From Candidatus Eiseniibacteriota bacterium (GTDB lineage Bacteria > Eisenbacteria > RBG-16-71-46 > SZUA-252), in contig OY969801.1 of the NCBI GenBank assembly GCA_963703225.1, positions 2,496,001 to 2,560,000 on the forward strand: a stretch of 64,000 nucleotides of DNA. The letters are read 5' to 3'. Below are positions 9,106 through 18,999 of the stretch, piece after piece. Both the position numbers and the translations under genes were made by a program. The first letter of the stretch is position 1; each line of letters begins with the position of its first letter. Below the pieces are notes generated by a model that searched no databases, was not told where the DNA came from, and saw only the letters and a program-made list of their open reading frames with translations.

Positions 9106-10307
9106 GAGCGTCACATGGATGTCGAGCGATGATTCCGTTCTGGGCACTTGTGATCGCGACGGTCGCGCTCACGGGCAGCCCTCGTCCGGCCCTGGCGACG
9201 GACTTCAGCTTCCGAGGAATCCTGGATCTGGTACAGACCGACAAGGGCGATGGAACCGAGCTGAATTACCTCTGGGGAGACAGCCAATTCGACTCCTACC
9301 GCCTGCGGATGTTCGCGGCGGCGGCGGTCTCGGACCATCTCGACATCTTCACGGAGGCGCTCTGGAACGAGGACGTCGGCGTGGTGCCGTTCGGCGCCTA
9401 CGCCACGTTTCATCCCTCTCCCGTCAAGGACGTCAACGTCGAGGCTGGGTTGATCCCGTGGCCGATCGGGGACTGGGCGCCGCGCTCCACCTCGGACAAG
9501 AACCCGCTGATCGGCTTTCCGCTCATGTACCAGTACCACACCAGCCTCCGGCAGGACATCATCCCTCCGACCGCGGACGATCTTCTCTCCCAGGCGGGAG
9601 AGGGAGAGGAGGGTGTGAACTACGGCGCCGGGAACGATTATTCCGGAATGCCGATCGTCTACGACCAGTGGTGGGATTTTGGCGCGGTGCTTCTCGGGAG
9701 CGCGCGGCCGTTCGAGTATTCCATCGGCTTCGTGAACGGCTCGCCGGGGTTCCCGAGTCCGGGTGAGGATCACACCCCGGGGAAGTCGCTCCTTGGCCGC
9801 GTGGGGCTCGCGCCGATGCCGGGACTCCGGTTTGGGGTCTCCGGCTCCTACGGACCCTACCTCAACGAGGAGAGCGTCAAGAGCTCCCTGCCGACCGGCA
9901 CCGACGCGGGCGATTTCAACCAGATCCTCGGGATGGCGGATTTCGAGTACTCGATCGGTCACGCGGACTTCCACGCCGAGGGATTCATGAACACCTGGGA
10001 GACACCGACGGTCGGTGACCTGAAAGTTCATGGCGGATACGCGGAGCTCAAGTATGCCCTGCCGGCCGGCTTTTTCGTCGCGGGGCGATACAACATCATG
10101 CGCTTCAGCGACGTGAAAGATTCGACGGGAGCGTCGCTCTCCTGGGACTCGGACGTCGATCGTCTCGAGGTCGGTGGCGGGTACCGGCTCAGCAAGGGCG
10201 TGACCGCCAAGGCGGTCTATCAGCTCAATACGCTCACGCCGCCCGATCCCGCGGCGGAGTCCGAAGACCTCGACGTCGTCGCGGGGCAGCTCTCGATCGC
10301 CTTCTAG
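9102..10307 (+). CDS. Outer-membrane beta-barrel / porin-like protein
   Basis: Signal peptide ending PALA, alternating aromatic beta strands, C-terminal LSIAF. Start is GTG 9102 (overlapping the kinase stop) or ATG 9129. Confidence 0.75.
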   Translation: MRASHGCRAMIPFWALVIATVALTGSPRPALATDFSFRGILDLVQTDKGDGTELNYLWGDSQFDSYRLRMFAAAAVSDHLDIFTEALWNEDVGVVPFGAYATFHPSPVKDVNVEAGLIPWPIGDWAPRSTSDKNPLIGFPLMYQYHTSLRQDIIPPTADDLLSQAGEGEEGVNYGAGNDYSGMPIVYDQWWDFGAVLLGSARPFEYSIGFVNGSPGFPSPGEDHTPGKSLLGRVGLAPMPGLRFGVSGSYGPYLNEESVKSSLPTGTDAGDFNQILGMADFEYSIGHADFHAEGFMNTWETPTVGDLKVHGGYAELKYALPAGFFVAGRYNIMRFSDVKDSTGASLSWDSDVDRLEVGGGYRLSKGVTAKAVYQLNTLTPPDPAAESEDLDVVAGQLSIAF

Positions 10308-10334
10308 GCGCCGCCGGGCCCGCCGGGCCCGCCG

Positions 10335-11691
10335 TTACCTGCCGATCGACTTCTTCACGCTCTTCTTGAGCTTCTCGAGCCCCGTGGCGATATCTCCTTG
10401 CTTGACGACCAGCGGCGGGCGGAATCGGATGGAGTTGGGCCCGCAGCCGATGATCATCATCCCGTCCTCGTAGGCGTTCTGGATCACCGCGTCGCGGAGC
10501 GCGCCGTCGCGGAGATCGAAGGCGCACATGAGGCCCTTCCCGCGCGCGTTCGAGACGTGCTCGGGAACTCCTTCGCCAGCGCCTCGAGCCCGGACAATAG
10601 CTCGGCGCCGCGCGCGGTCGCGTTCTCGACGAGCCGCTCCTCGGCCATGATCTCGAGGTACCGCTGGCACCGCACCATGTCGACCAGCGTGCCGCCCCAC
10701 GTGGAGTTGAGCCGGCTCGAGACGTGGAACACGTTGTCCTGGACCTCGTCGACCCGCGGCCCGCAGATGAAGCCGCAGACCTGCGACTTCTTCCCGAAGG
10801 CGACCATGTCGGCCTTCACGCCGTAGTGCTCGTGCGCCCAGAACTTCCCGGTCAGCCCGAATCCGGCCTGGACTTCGTCGTAGATGAGCATCGCCTCGTA
10901 CTCGTCGGCGATCCGCCGCAGCTCCTGGTGGTACTCGGGGCGGAAGTGGTTGTCGCCGCCCTCTCCCTGGATCGGCTCGAGGAGGATGGCCGCGATGTCG
11001 TCCGGATGGTCGGCGAACGCGCGCTTGATCTGGGCGATGGAGAGCGCCTCACGCGCCTTCACGTCCTTGAGCCGCTCGTCGTTGAGCGGATACTCGACCT
11101 TCGGATTGAGAACGCGCGGCCAGTCGAACTTCGGGAAGTAGGCCGTCTTCCGCGGATCGGCGGTATTGGTGAGCGAGAGCGTGTACCCCGAGCGGCCGTG
11201 GAACGCCTGCTCCAGGTGGAGCACCTTCGTGCCCCGCTCCTCGCGGTAGCCGCGCGCGAAGTTCTTCCGGATCTTCCAGTCGAACGCGGTCTTGAGCGCG
11301 TTCTCGACGCCCAGCGTGCCGCCCGCGACGAAGAAGACGTGCGGTAGATGCGGGCCGCATCGCGTGCTGCGCGAACGTCTCGACGAACTCGGCCATCTCG
11401 ACCGTGTAGACGTCGCTGTTCGACGGGTTGTGGAGCGCCGCGCGCTGGAGCCGGGCCAGGAATTCCGGCGTCTTCATGCCGGGGTGGTTCATCCCGACCG
11501 GATTGGTCGCGAAGAACGAGAAGAAGTCGAGGAGCTTCCGGTTGTGCCGGGAGTCGTAGATGGTAGACGCCCTCGCTCTTCTCCAGATCGAGAACGAAAT
11601 CAAATCCATCGGCCAGCATGTGCTTGGCGAGTACTTCGTGGACCTTGTCGGGCGTGACCTTAACCGACGAGGTGGTTGCGGTCGGATTCAT
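10335..11691 (-). CDS. lat: L-lysine 6-aminotransferase (class III PLP enzyme), split by about 3 indels
   Basis: HMLADGFDFVLDL, VENALKTAFDWK, AFHGRSGYTLSLTNT, EPIQGEGGDNHF, DEVQ, FGKK, NSTWGG are spread over successive frames. Shifts near 11562, 11352 and 10563. Confidence 0.88.
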
Positions 11692-11728
11692 GGGCGCTGC
11701 TCCTTTCGAGTGCCTGGGGTCCTGGGTC

Positions 11729-12211
11729 TCATGTCGAAACCGATGCGGAATCGATCTTGATCCGGTGCTGCTCCTTGGCCGTCGCGAGGACGATCAGCGT
11801 CCGCGTCTGGCGCACGCCGCGCACCGTGTTGAGCTTCTCGATCAACAGCTTGCGAAACGCGGCCATGTCGGCCACCCGCACCTTGAGGAGAAGCGAAAAC
11901 TCCCCGGTGATGTGGTGGCACTCGAGCACCTCGTCGAGCGTGCTCACCGCCTCGATGAAGCCGGCTTCGAACCGCGGCTGCTCGATGAAGACCTCGACGA
12001 ATGCCGTGACGTCCTGCCCGAGCTTCTTCTCGTCGAGGAGGGCGACGTAGCCGCGGATGTACCCCGCGCGCTCCAGCTTTCGGATCCGCTCGTTGATCGA
12101 GGGCGCCGTGAGCCCGACCGCCTTCGCGACCTTCGCCTGCGGGATCTTCGCGTCGTCCTGCAGAATCGCGAGGATCTTCCGATCGATCGGGTCGAGCGCT
12201 CCGTTTGCCAC
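11729..12211 (-). CDS. Lrp/AsnC family transcriptional regulator
   Basis: LDPIDRKILAILQDDAK, VGLTAPSINERIRKLERAGYI, ECHHITG. Start is GTG 12211, or ATG 12236 if there is another indel. Confidence 0.93.
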   Translation of the reverse strand: MANGALDPIDRKILAILQDDAKIPQAKVAKAVGLTAPSINERIRKLERAGYIRGYVALLDEKKLGQDVTAFVEVFIEQPRFEAGFIEAVSTLDEVLECHHITGEFSLLLKVRVADMAAFRKLLIEKLNTVRGVRQTRTLIVLATAKEQHRIKIDSASVST

Positions 12212-12244
12212 TCTGAATTCGGCTGATAGCTTCCATACACTAAT

Positions 12245-12273
12245 ATTATTCGGCAATTTAGACAAAACGTCAA
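12245..12273 (-). promoter_or_regulatory. Sigma70-type promoter for lrp-lat
   Basis: TTGACG-N17-AATAAT on the minus strand within an AT-rich patch. Confidence 0.6.
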
Positions 12274-12391
12274 CTATTATTCTGAGATTCCCGCTGTGAC
12301 CCTGACCCTCCACCCTTGTAGGCGGCCACGACTGGGAGTAGGCTCGCGGGTGGCCGTCTGGATTCCAGCTCACGGAGGATAACCAACTCCC

Positions 12392-13875
12392 ATGAAACGC
12401 GCACAAACTGTTAAACAATTGAGAGATAGCGGCTACGCACCCCGAACCGTGAAGCAGGAGATGCGGGCCAATATGATCCGTGCCATCGAGGGAGACGAGC
12501 CCCGCTTCCCCGGGATCGTCGGCTACGACAAGACCGCGCTGCCCCAGATCGAGAACGCGATCCTGAGCGGCCACGACTTCATCCTTCTGGGCCTGCGCGG
12601 CCAGGCCAAGACCAGAATCCTGCGCTCGCTCTATCGCTTTCTCGACGAGTGGATCCCCGCGATCGACGGTTGCGAGATCCACGACGATCCGCTTCGGCCC
12701 GATCTGCCCGGCCTGCCTGCGGCTCATCGCCGAGCGGGGCGACGAGGTGCCGGTCACCTGGCTCCCGCGCGAGGAGCGCTACCGCGAGAAGCTCGCGACG
12801 CCCGACGTCACGATCGCCGACCTGATCGGCGACATCGACCCGATCAAGGCCGCCAACAAGAAGCTCTCCTACAGCGACCCCGAGGTCATGCACTACGGGA
12901 TCATTCCGCGGACCAACCGCGGCATCTTCGCGATCAACGAGCTCCCCGACCTCCAGCCGCGAATCCAGGTGGGGCTCTTGAACATCCTCGAGGAGAAGGA
13001 CATCCAGATCCGCGGATTTCCCGATCCGGCTCCCGCTCGATCTCCAGATCGTCTTCTCGGCCAACCCGGAGGACTACACGAACCGCGGGAACATCATCAC
13101 GCCGCTCCGCGACCGGATCGCGTCGCAGATCATGACCCACTACCCCTACACGGTCGAAGACGCGATGAAGATCACCGAGCAGGAGGCGTGGGTGAAGCGC
13201 GCCGACGGCATCGAGGTGATCGTTCCTCCCTACATCCGCGAGCTGGTGGAGCAGGTCGCCATCCAGGCGCGAAAGTCCTCGTACGTCGACCAGTCCAGCG
13301 GCGTGAGCGTGCGTTTGACGATCGCGCTGATGGAGAACCTGGTCTCCAACGCGGAGCGCCGGGCGATCCGCACCGGCGAGCGGCGCCTGGCGGTCCGGAT
13401 CTGCGACCTGCAGAACGGGATCGCGGCGATCACCGGGAAGGTGGAGCTGGTCTACGAGGGAGAGCAGGAGGGCGCCGTCGCGGTCGCGAAGCACCTCGTC
13501 GGGAAGGCGGTGAAGGAAATCTTCGCCAAGTACTTCCCCGACGCCTACAAGGCGAAGGAGAAGAACGAGGGCGCGCCCTCCGAGTACGACCCCATCTTCC
13601 GGTGGTTCGCGCAGGGAAAGAGGGTCGAGATCTCGGACGACCTATCGGCCCGCGAGTTTCAGTCCCGGCTGTCCCAGGTGACCGGCCTCGAGGAGCTTCC
13701 CAAGCGCTACCTGCCGGTTCGGGACCCGGTCGAGCTCCCGACGGCGATGGAGTTCGTCCTGGAAGCGCTCCATCAGAACTCGATCCTCGCCAAGGAGCGG
13801 ACCGACACGGCCGCGCTCGCCTACACCGACATGTTCTCGACGATGCTCGGGAAGCCCGAAGAAGCCGAGGATTGA
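12392..13875 (+). CDS. Mg-chelatase/MoxR-like AAA+ ATPase (two frameshifts near 12699 and 13018)
   Basis: Walker A GLRGQAKT, Walker B-like FAINELPDL, ANPEDYTNRGNIITPLRDR over three frames. Confidence 0.85.
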
Positions 13876-13912
13876 GCGCGGATTCTGCGAGCGGCCGCGC
13901 GGAGGTCTGAGA

Positions 13913-15016
13913 TTGGACTTTCGGTACTCACGCTGGGACGAGAGGTTCACGCAGAACCTCCATTTCCTCAAGAACCTGCTCTCCCTCTATCACCGCCTGC
14001 TGCTCATGACCGACGGCAAGGTCGACCAGGCGCTCCGCGCGCTCGAGGAGCTGGGCGAGCGGTTCGGATTCTTCAATCCAAAGTTCACGATCGAGGACTT
14101 CAAGAAGCACCTGCGCGATCGGGACGCGATCCAGGAGGTGAACGGGAAGACCGTGCTCACCAAGGGCGGCGAGCGGATGATCCGGAAGGACTCGCTCGAC
14201 CGGATCTTCGGGAATCTCGCGAAGGACTCCGCGGGTGAGCACCGGGTGCCCCGGACCGGAGCCGGGGGCGAGCGGATCACGGAGACCCGGCCCTACGCGT
14301 TCGGCGACCCCGTGACCGACATCGACTTTCTCACGAGCGTGCGAAACTCCATGCGGCGTCAGCGCGGGGCGTGGAGCGAGGACGGGCCGAATCTCACCGA
14401 GGACGACCTCGAGGTGTTCGAGTCCGAGCATCTCTCCTCGTGCGCGACGGTGCTCATGATCGACGTCAGCCACTCGATGGTGCTCTACGGCGAGGATCGG
14501 ATCACCCCCGCCAAGCAGGCGGCGTTGGCGCTCTCCGAGCTGATCCTCACGCGATACCCCAAGGACTCGCTTTCGGTGGTGCTGTTCGGGGACGACGCGT
14601 GGGAGGTGAAGATCCGGGACATCCCCTACGTCTCGGTCGGTCCCTACCACACCAACACCAAGGCGGGCTTGCAGCTGGCTCAGAAGCTCCTGGCGCGGCA
14701 GAAGCACGTCAACAAGCAGATCTTCATGATCACCGACGGAAAGCCGTCCGCGATCTTCGAGAACGGCCGGTTCTACAAGAACGCGTTCGGCCTCGACCCG
14801 CGCATCGTGAACAAGACAATGGACGAGGCGGTCGCGTGCCGCCGGAAGCGGATTCCCATCACGACGTTCATGGTCACGCAGGATCCCTACCTCGTCCGCT
14901 TTGTCGAGCGCTTCACGCAGCTCAACAAGGGACGCGCCTACTTTTCCGACCTCGAAGACCTGGGCTCCTACCTCTTCGTCGACTTCGCGCAGAACAGAAA
15001 ACGCAGGGTGCAGTAG
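13913..15016 (+). CDS. VWA-domain protein, partner of the AAA+ ATPase
   Basis: MIDAS DVSHSM, HTNT, MITDG. Confidence 0.88.
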   Translation: MDFRYSRWDERFTQNLHFLKNLLSLYHRLLLMTDGKVDQALRALEELGERFGFFNPKFTIEDFKKHLRDRDAIQEVNGKTVLTKGGERMIRKDSLDRIFGNLAKDSAGEHRVPRTGAGGERITETRPYAFGDPVTDIDFLTSVRNSMRRQRGAWSEDGPNLTEDDLEVFESEHLSSCATVLMIDVSHSMVLYGEDRITPAKQAALALSELILTRYPKDSLSVVLFGDDAWEVKIRDIPYVSVGPYHTNTKAGLQLAQKLLARQKHVNKQIFMITDGKPSAIFENGRFYKNAFGLDPRIVNKTMDEAVACRRKRIPITTFMVTQDPYLVRFVERFTQLNKGRAYFSDLEDLGSYLFVDFAQNRKRRVQ

Positions 15017-15038
15017 GAGGGTCCGCAGTGGGGAGGGT

Positions 15039-15830
15039 CTAAGGCCGCCCCGTGGAATCGGCGGGCGCCTCCTGTGGCATAGCTTTCGGCAGGGGCGCTT
15101 GATCCGGTGGTGTCACGGGGGCCGGCGGTGGCTGGGGCTCGGCCCCGTGCCTCCATTGATAGGAGAGCCTGATCCCGAAGGCGCTTTCGGAAACGCCCTC
15201 CGAGCCCCCGAGTCGACCCGTGCCACCCAGCACGAGCCCGCCGGTGAGCCGGTAATCAACCCTGGTCACAAAGCCCCAGTTGTCGTACGGGAGATACCCC
15301 GTGCCCGCCCACACATGCAGCTTGCGCCCCCCGCCTCCGAATCCGGCCGAGAAGTATCCAGCCGTCGCGAGCGGGAGATCTTCAAAGAAGCCGACGGAGA
15401 AGTACCGCTTCGATCTTCCAATTCGCATGTGGCCGCTCACGCGGCCGTTGAAGGTCTCGCCGCCCTGGTCCGGGAATGTTGTATCTCCATGTACCCAGCC
15501 GCCGCCGATCGAAAACCCGGACCAGTCCATCGAAAGGAAGGGATTGACGTATTCGGTCGCCTCGCCGCCTTCGAGGTTGAGGACTCCTCCTCGGACACCG
15601 ATGCGAACGACCGATGGAAACTTGTGGCTGACCTCGTAGGCCGCGTTGTCGTAATGGATCCGGTATTTCGAAAGGACCTGGCCCTCGCAGCCCCGCGTGA
15701 TGACGGCATAGGAGCCTGACCCGCCGGCGATAACGATCTCCGTCGCGTGCTGCTTGGGCGCGCTGACCGCGAGGGGCGCGGCGAGCACGACGACGCTGAG
15801 ATACGAAATCTCTCGACGCGTATGGCTCTC
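15039..15830 (-). CDS. Hypothetical protein, probable outer-membrane beta-barrel with Pro-rich tail (start uncertain)
   Basis: Hydrophobic stretch LSVVVLAAPLAVSA, Gly/aromatic alternating strands, terminal PQPPPAP segment. No clear start codon. Confidence 0.5.
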   Translation of the reverse strand, partial: ESHTRREISYLSVVVLAAPLAVSAPKQHATEIVIAGGSGSYAVITRGCEGQVLSKYRIHYDNAAYEVSHKFPSVVRIGVRGGVLNLEGGEATEYVNPFLSMDWSGFSIGGGWVHGDTTFPDQGGETFNGRVSGHMRIGRSKRYFSVGFFEDLPLATAGYFSAGFGGGGRKLHVWAGTGYLPYDNWGFVTRVDYRLTGGLVLGGTGRLGGSEGVSESAFGIRLSYQWRHGAEPQPPPAPVTPPDQAPLPKAMPQEAPADSTGRP

Positions 15831-15966
15831 CCGGGGTGAAGCGGCCCGTGCGCGAGTTGGAAGCGAGAGCAGTGTGCGCCCTCGACTCGCGCTCGTCCAG
15901 CGCGCCTTGACGCTCCCGGCGGGCCGTGGTCTACTCCGTGAACCCAACCCCTTGCAGGGAGAATTG

Positions 15967-16866
15967 ATGCCCCAGTCCCTCTCCCCCACCGATCAGGCCG
16001 ACGTGGCACGGGCCGCCGTCCCGCTCCCCGATGCGTACCGGGCATGCGAAGCGATCGTGCGGCGGCATTACGAGAACTTCCCCGTGGTCTCGCGCTTCCT
16101 GACCCCGGCTCGGCGCCACGCCCTCTCCGCGATCTACGCGTTCGCGCGAAGCGCGGACGACATGGCCGACGCGGCCGCTCCGACGCGCGAGCGCCTGGAA
16201 GCGCTGGACCAGCTCGAATCCGCCCTCTACCGCGCTTTGGATGGATCCCCGGACGGACCGATCTTCACGGCGCTGGCCGACACGATCGAGCGGCACGGCC
16301 TGCCGGTGGAGCCCCTTCTCGACCTCCTCGCCGCGTTTCGCCGGGATGCCCGCGACGAAACGTTCGCGACCTGGGACGACCTGCTGTCGTATTGCCGCGG
16401 ATCGGCGAACACCATCGGGCGACTGGTGCTGGCGCTCCATGAGATCGACGACGCGAATGCGCTACGCGAGTCGGACGCGGTCTGCACCGCGCTCCAGCTC
16501 ACGAATTTCTGGCAGGACCTGGGGCCCGATCTGGCCCGAGGACGACTCTTCCTCCCGCTGGAGGATCTGCGCCGCTTTGCCCTCGCGCCCGAGGAATTGA
16601 CCCGGCCGCAGAGCCGGCCCCAGCTCACCCGCCTCCTGGTGCACGAATGTCGCGGCACGAACGACCTCTACGATCGCGGCCGCGCGGTGGCGTCGCGCGT
16701 CCCCTTCGGGCTATCCCTCCAGCTTCGTCTGACCATCGCGGGGGGGCGCGCCATCCTCCGCGAGGTGGAGCGCGGGGGCTGGCGCGTCCTCAAGCGCCGC
16801 CCCGCATTGGGGCGGGCCGCGCGCGCCCGGATCCTTCTCCCCGCGCTCCTCGGATTCGATGCCTAA
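15967..16866 (+). CDS. hpnC: Squalene synthase HpnC
   Basis: HYENFPVVS, YAFARSADDMAD, CTALQLTNFWQD. Start trimmed to ATG 15967 after GGAG. Confidence 0.9.
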   Translation: MPQSLSPTDQADVARAAVPLPDAYRACEAIVRRHYENFPVVSRFLTPARRHALSAIYAFARSADDMADAAAPTRERLEALDQLESALYRALDGSPDGPIFTALADTIERHGLPVEPLLDLLAAFRRDARDETFATWDDLLSYCRGSANTIGRLVLALHEIDDANALRESDAVCTALQLTNFWQDLGPDLARGRLFLPLEDLRRFALAPEELTRPQSRPQLTRLLVHECRGTNDLYDRGRAVASRVPFGLSLQLRLTIAGGRAILREVERGGWRVLKRRPALGRAARARILLPALLGFDA

Positions 16867-17689
16867 CGCCCACGAGTCGGGCCGCCGCAGCAACTTTGGG
16901 GTCGCGTTCGCGGTCCTCCCGACGCCGCAGCGCCAGGCAATCCGCGCGGTCCACGCGTGGAGCCGCTCGGTGGACGACGGCGTCGATGAGGCGACCGATG
17001 CCTCGAAAGCGCGGGCCGCGATCGATCGATGGCGGCGGGAGATCGGCCTCCTCTACGAGGGCCGCCCCGAGGAGCCGGCCACGCGGGCGCTCTCCCCGCA
17101 CGTCGAGCGCTTCCGCATTCCCCGGGAGTACTTGGAGGAGCTGGTCCGGGGGATCGAGATGGACCTCACCCAAGCGCGCTACAGCACCTTTCGCGATCTC
17201 GCCGGATACTGCTACCGCGTTGCCTCGGTCGTGGGGCTCATCTGTCTTCGGATTTTCGGCGACCACGAAGAGCGGGGTCGTGGATACGCCGAGGACTTGG
17301 GCATGGCGCTCCAGCTCACCAATATCCTGCGCGACGTGGGCGTGGATCACGCGCGCGGCCGCATCTATCTCCCCGAGGACGAACGTCTCCAGTTCGGTTA
17401 CGACGAGGACGCCCTTGCACGGTCGGAGCGAAGCGAGGCGTTCCAGGATCTCATGCGCTACCAGGTGGCACGAGCCCGGGCGTTCTTCGCCTCGGCCGAG
17501 CGCGAGGCCGCGCGGTTGGACCGGAGGCGGCTCTTCGCCGCGGAGATCATGGGACGCGTCTACCAGCGCCTCCTCGATCGGATCGAGGCCTCCGGATTTG
17601 ACGTGTTCCAGAGGGAGATCAGGGTTCCCAAGCTCGAGCGCGTCTGGATCGTCGCGACGACCGCGCTGGGCGTCCACGCGTCGCGATGA
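16859..17689 (+). CDS. hpnD: Presqualene diphosphate synthase HpnD
   Basis: VDDGVDE, YCYRVASVVG, LQLTNILRDV, GRIYLP; lies between hpnC and hpnE. Confidence 0.88.
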   Translation: MPNAHESGRRSNFGVAFAVLPTPQRQAIRAVHAWSRSVDDGVDEATDASKARAAIDRWRREIGLLYEGRPEEPATRALSPHVERFRIPREYLEELVRGIEMDLTQARYSTFRDLAGYCYRVASVVGLICLRIFGDHEERGRGYAEDLGMALQLTNILRDVGVDHARGRIYLPEDERLQFGYDEDALARSERSEAFQDLMRYQVARARAFFASAEREAARLDRRRLFAAEIMGRVYQRLLDRIEASGFDVFQREIRVPKLERVWIVATTALGVHASR

Positions 17690-18999
17690 CCCCCAGGCCA
17701 GACGTGGTTGTCGTGGGGGCGGGCTTTGCCGGCGTGGCCGCGGCGACGGCGCTCGCCGAGCGGGGCTTGCGGGTCATGGTGCTCGAGACGCGCCAGCGCC
17801 CAGGCGGGCGGGCCTATTCCTGGGTGGATCCCAAGACGGGAGAGACACGGGACAACGGCCAGCATGTCCTCGCCTCGTTCTACGACGAGACGTCGCGCCT
17901 CCTGAGCCGCCTCCAGACCACGGAGGCGCTGGAGGCCGATCCCACCCTGCGGATTCATCTCTGGGAGCGGGGACGGGGCGAGTTCGACCTCGCTTGCCCC
18001 GACCTTCCTCACCCGTTTCACTGGCTCGCCGCGGCGGGCTCCTGTTCGCGCCTTTCCGCGGTGGCCAGGGTCTCGGCGCTCACGCTGCACAGCCGGGCTA
18101 AGGATCTCATCGCGTCGAACGGGGACGGCGGACACTTGACCGTGGAGCAATGGCTTTCGGGCGGCCCGGGGAGCGACGATTTGGCCGCGGTGCTCTCGCC
18201 GATCGCCACCGCGGCCCTGAACGAGCATCCCGACGAGGCCTCCGCAACCCTGTTCGCCCGGGTGCTCGACCGGCTCTTGTCGGTCCCCGCGTCGAAGAGC
18301 GGGCTGGCGCTCCCTCGGCGCGCGCTGGGCGACCTCATCGCTGGATTCGAGGACTACGTGGAATCGCGGGGAGGCTCGGTTCGCTATCGCCAGACGGTCC
18401 TCGGTGTGCGTGTCGAGGGGGCGCGGGCGGCGGGCGTTTCGCTCCTGGGTGGGGAGCGGGTGGACGCGGAGAACACGATCCTCGCGATCCCGCACGAGCG
18501 GCTTGGGTGGATCCTGCGACCGGAGCATCTCGGGGCGCTGCGCGCGGTGACGTCGATTCCCTGGTCTCCGATCGTCTCGACGCTCCATGCGTACGACCGT
18601 CCCATCCTGCCGACGCGATTTGTGGCGATGCTGGGGACGAAGACGCAGTGGGCCTTTGATCGCGGGCCATCGGCCGCGGGGCGATTTTCGGTCGGCACGG
18701 TCCGAAGCGCCGCGTTCGACGACGCGGAACGCGATGTCGACGAGATCGCGAGCGAGACCGAGGCCGAGCTGGGCGAAGCCTTCGGCGGGGCCCGGTCGGC
18801 GAAACTCTTGGAGTCCCGCGTCTACAAGGAGCGGCGGGCCACGATGCGCTCGACCCCGGAGGCGCAGCCGCTTCGCCCAGGACCGAAGACGGGGATCGAT
18901 CGGCTCTTCCTCGCGGGCGACTGGACCGACACCAGGCTCCCGCCCACCATCGAGGGCGCGGTCCTGAGCGGGCACCGCGCCGCGGAGCTCATCGTATGA
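17686..18999 (+). CDS. hpnE: Hydroxysqualene dehydroxylase HpnE
   Basis: GAGFAG FAD motif, GGRAYS, DNGQH, ERRAT, LAGDWT...PTIEGAVLSG. Confidence 0.9.
   Translation: MTPRPDVVVVGAGFAGVAAATALAERGLRVMVLETRQRPGGRAYSWVDPKTGETRDNGQHVLASFYDETSRLLSRLQTTEALEADPTLRIHLWERGRGEFDLACPDLPHPFHWLAAAGSCSRLSAVARVSALTLHSRAKDLIASNGDGGHLTVEQWLSGGPGSDDLAAVLSPIATAALNEHPDEASATLFARVLDRLLSVPASKSGLALPRRALGDLIAGFEDYVESRGGSVRYRQTVLGVRVEGARAAGVSLLGGERVDAENTILAIPHERLGWILRPEHLGALRAVTSIPWSPIVSTLHAYDRPILPTRFVAMLGTKTQWAFDRGPSAAGRFSVGTVRSAAFDDAERDVDEIASETEAELGEAFGGARSAKLLESRVYKERRATMRSTPEAQPLRPGPKTGIDRLFLAGDWTDTRLPPTIEGAVLSGHRAAELIV

Noticed and set aside
10310..10334. CCGCCGGGC short repeats between convergent porin and lat genes
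   Set aside because: Too short and GC-only to distinguish from background; no convincing terminator.
10335..13875. Programmed frameshifting or true pseudogenes in lat and the AAA+ ATPase
   Set aside because: No slippery heptamers noticed, no in-frame stops, and similar indels are scattered over unrelated genes; assembly error is more parsimonious.
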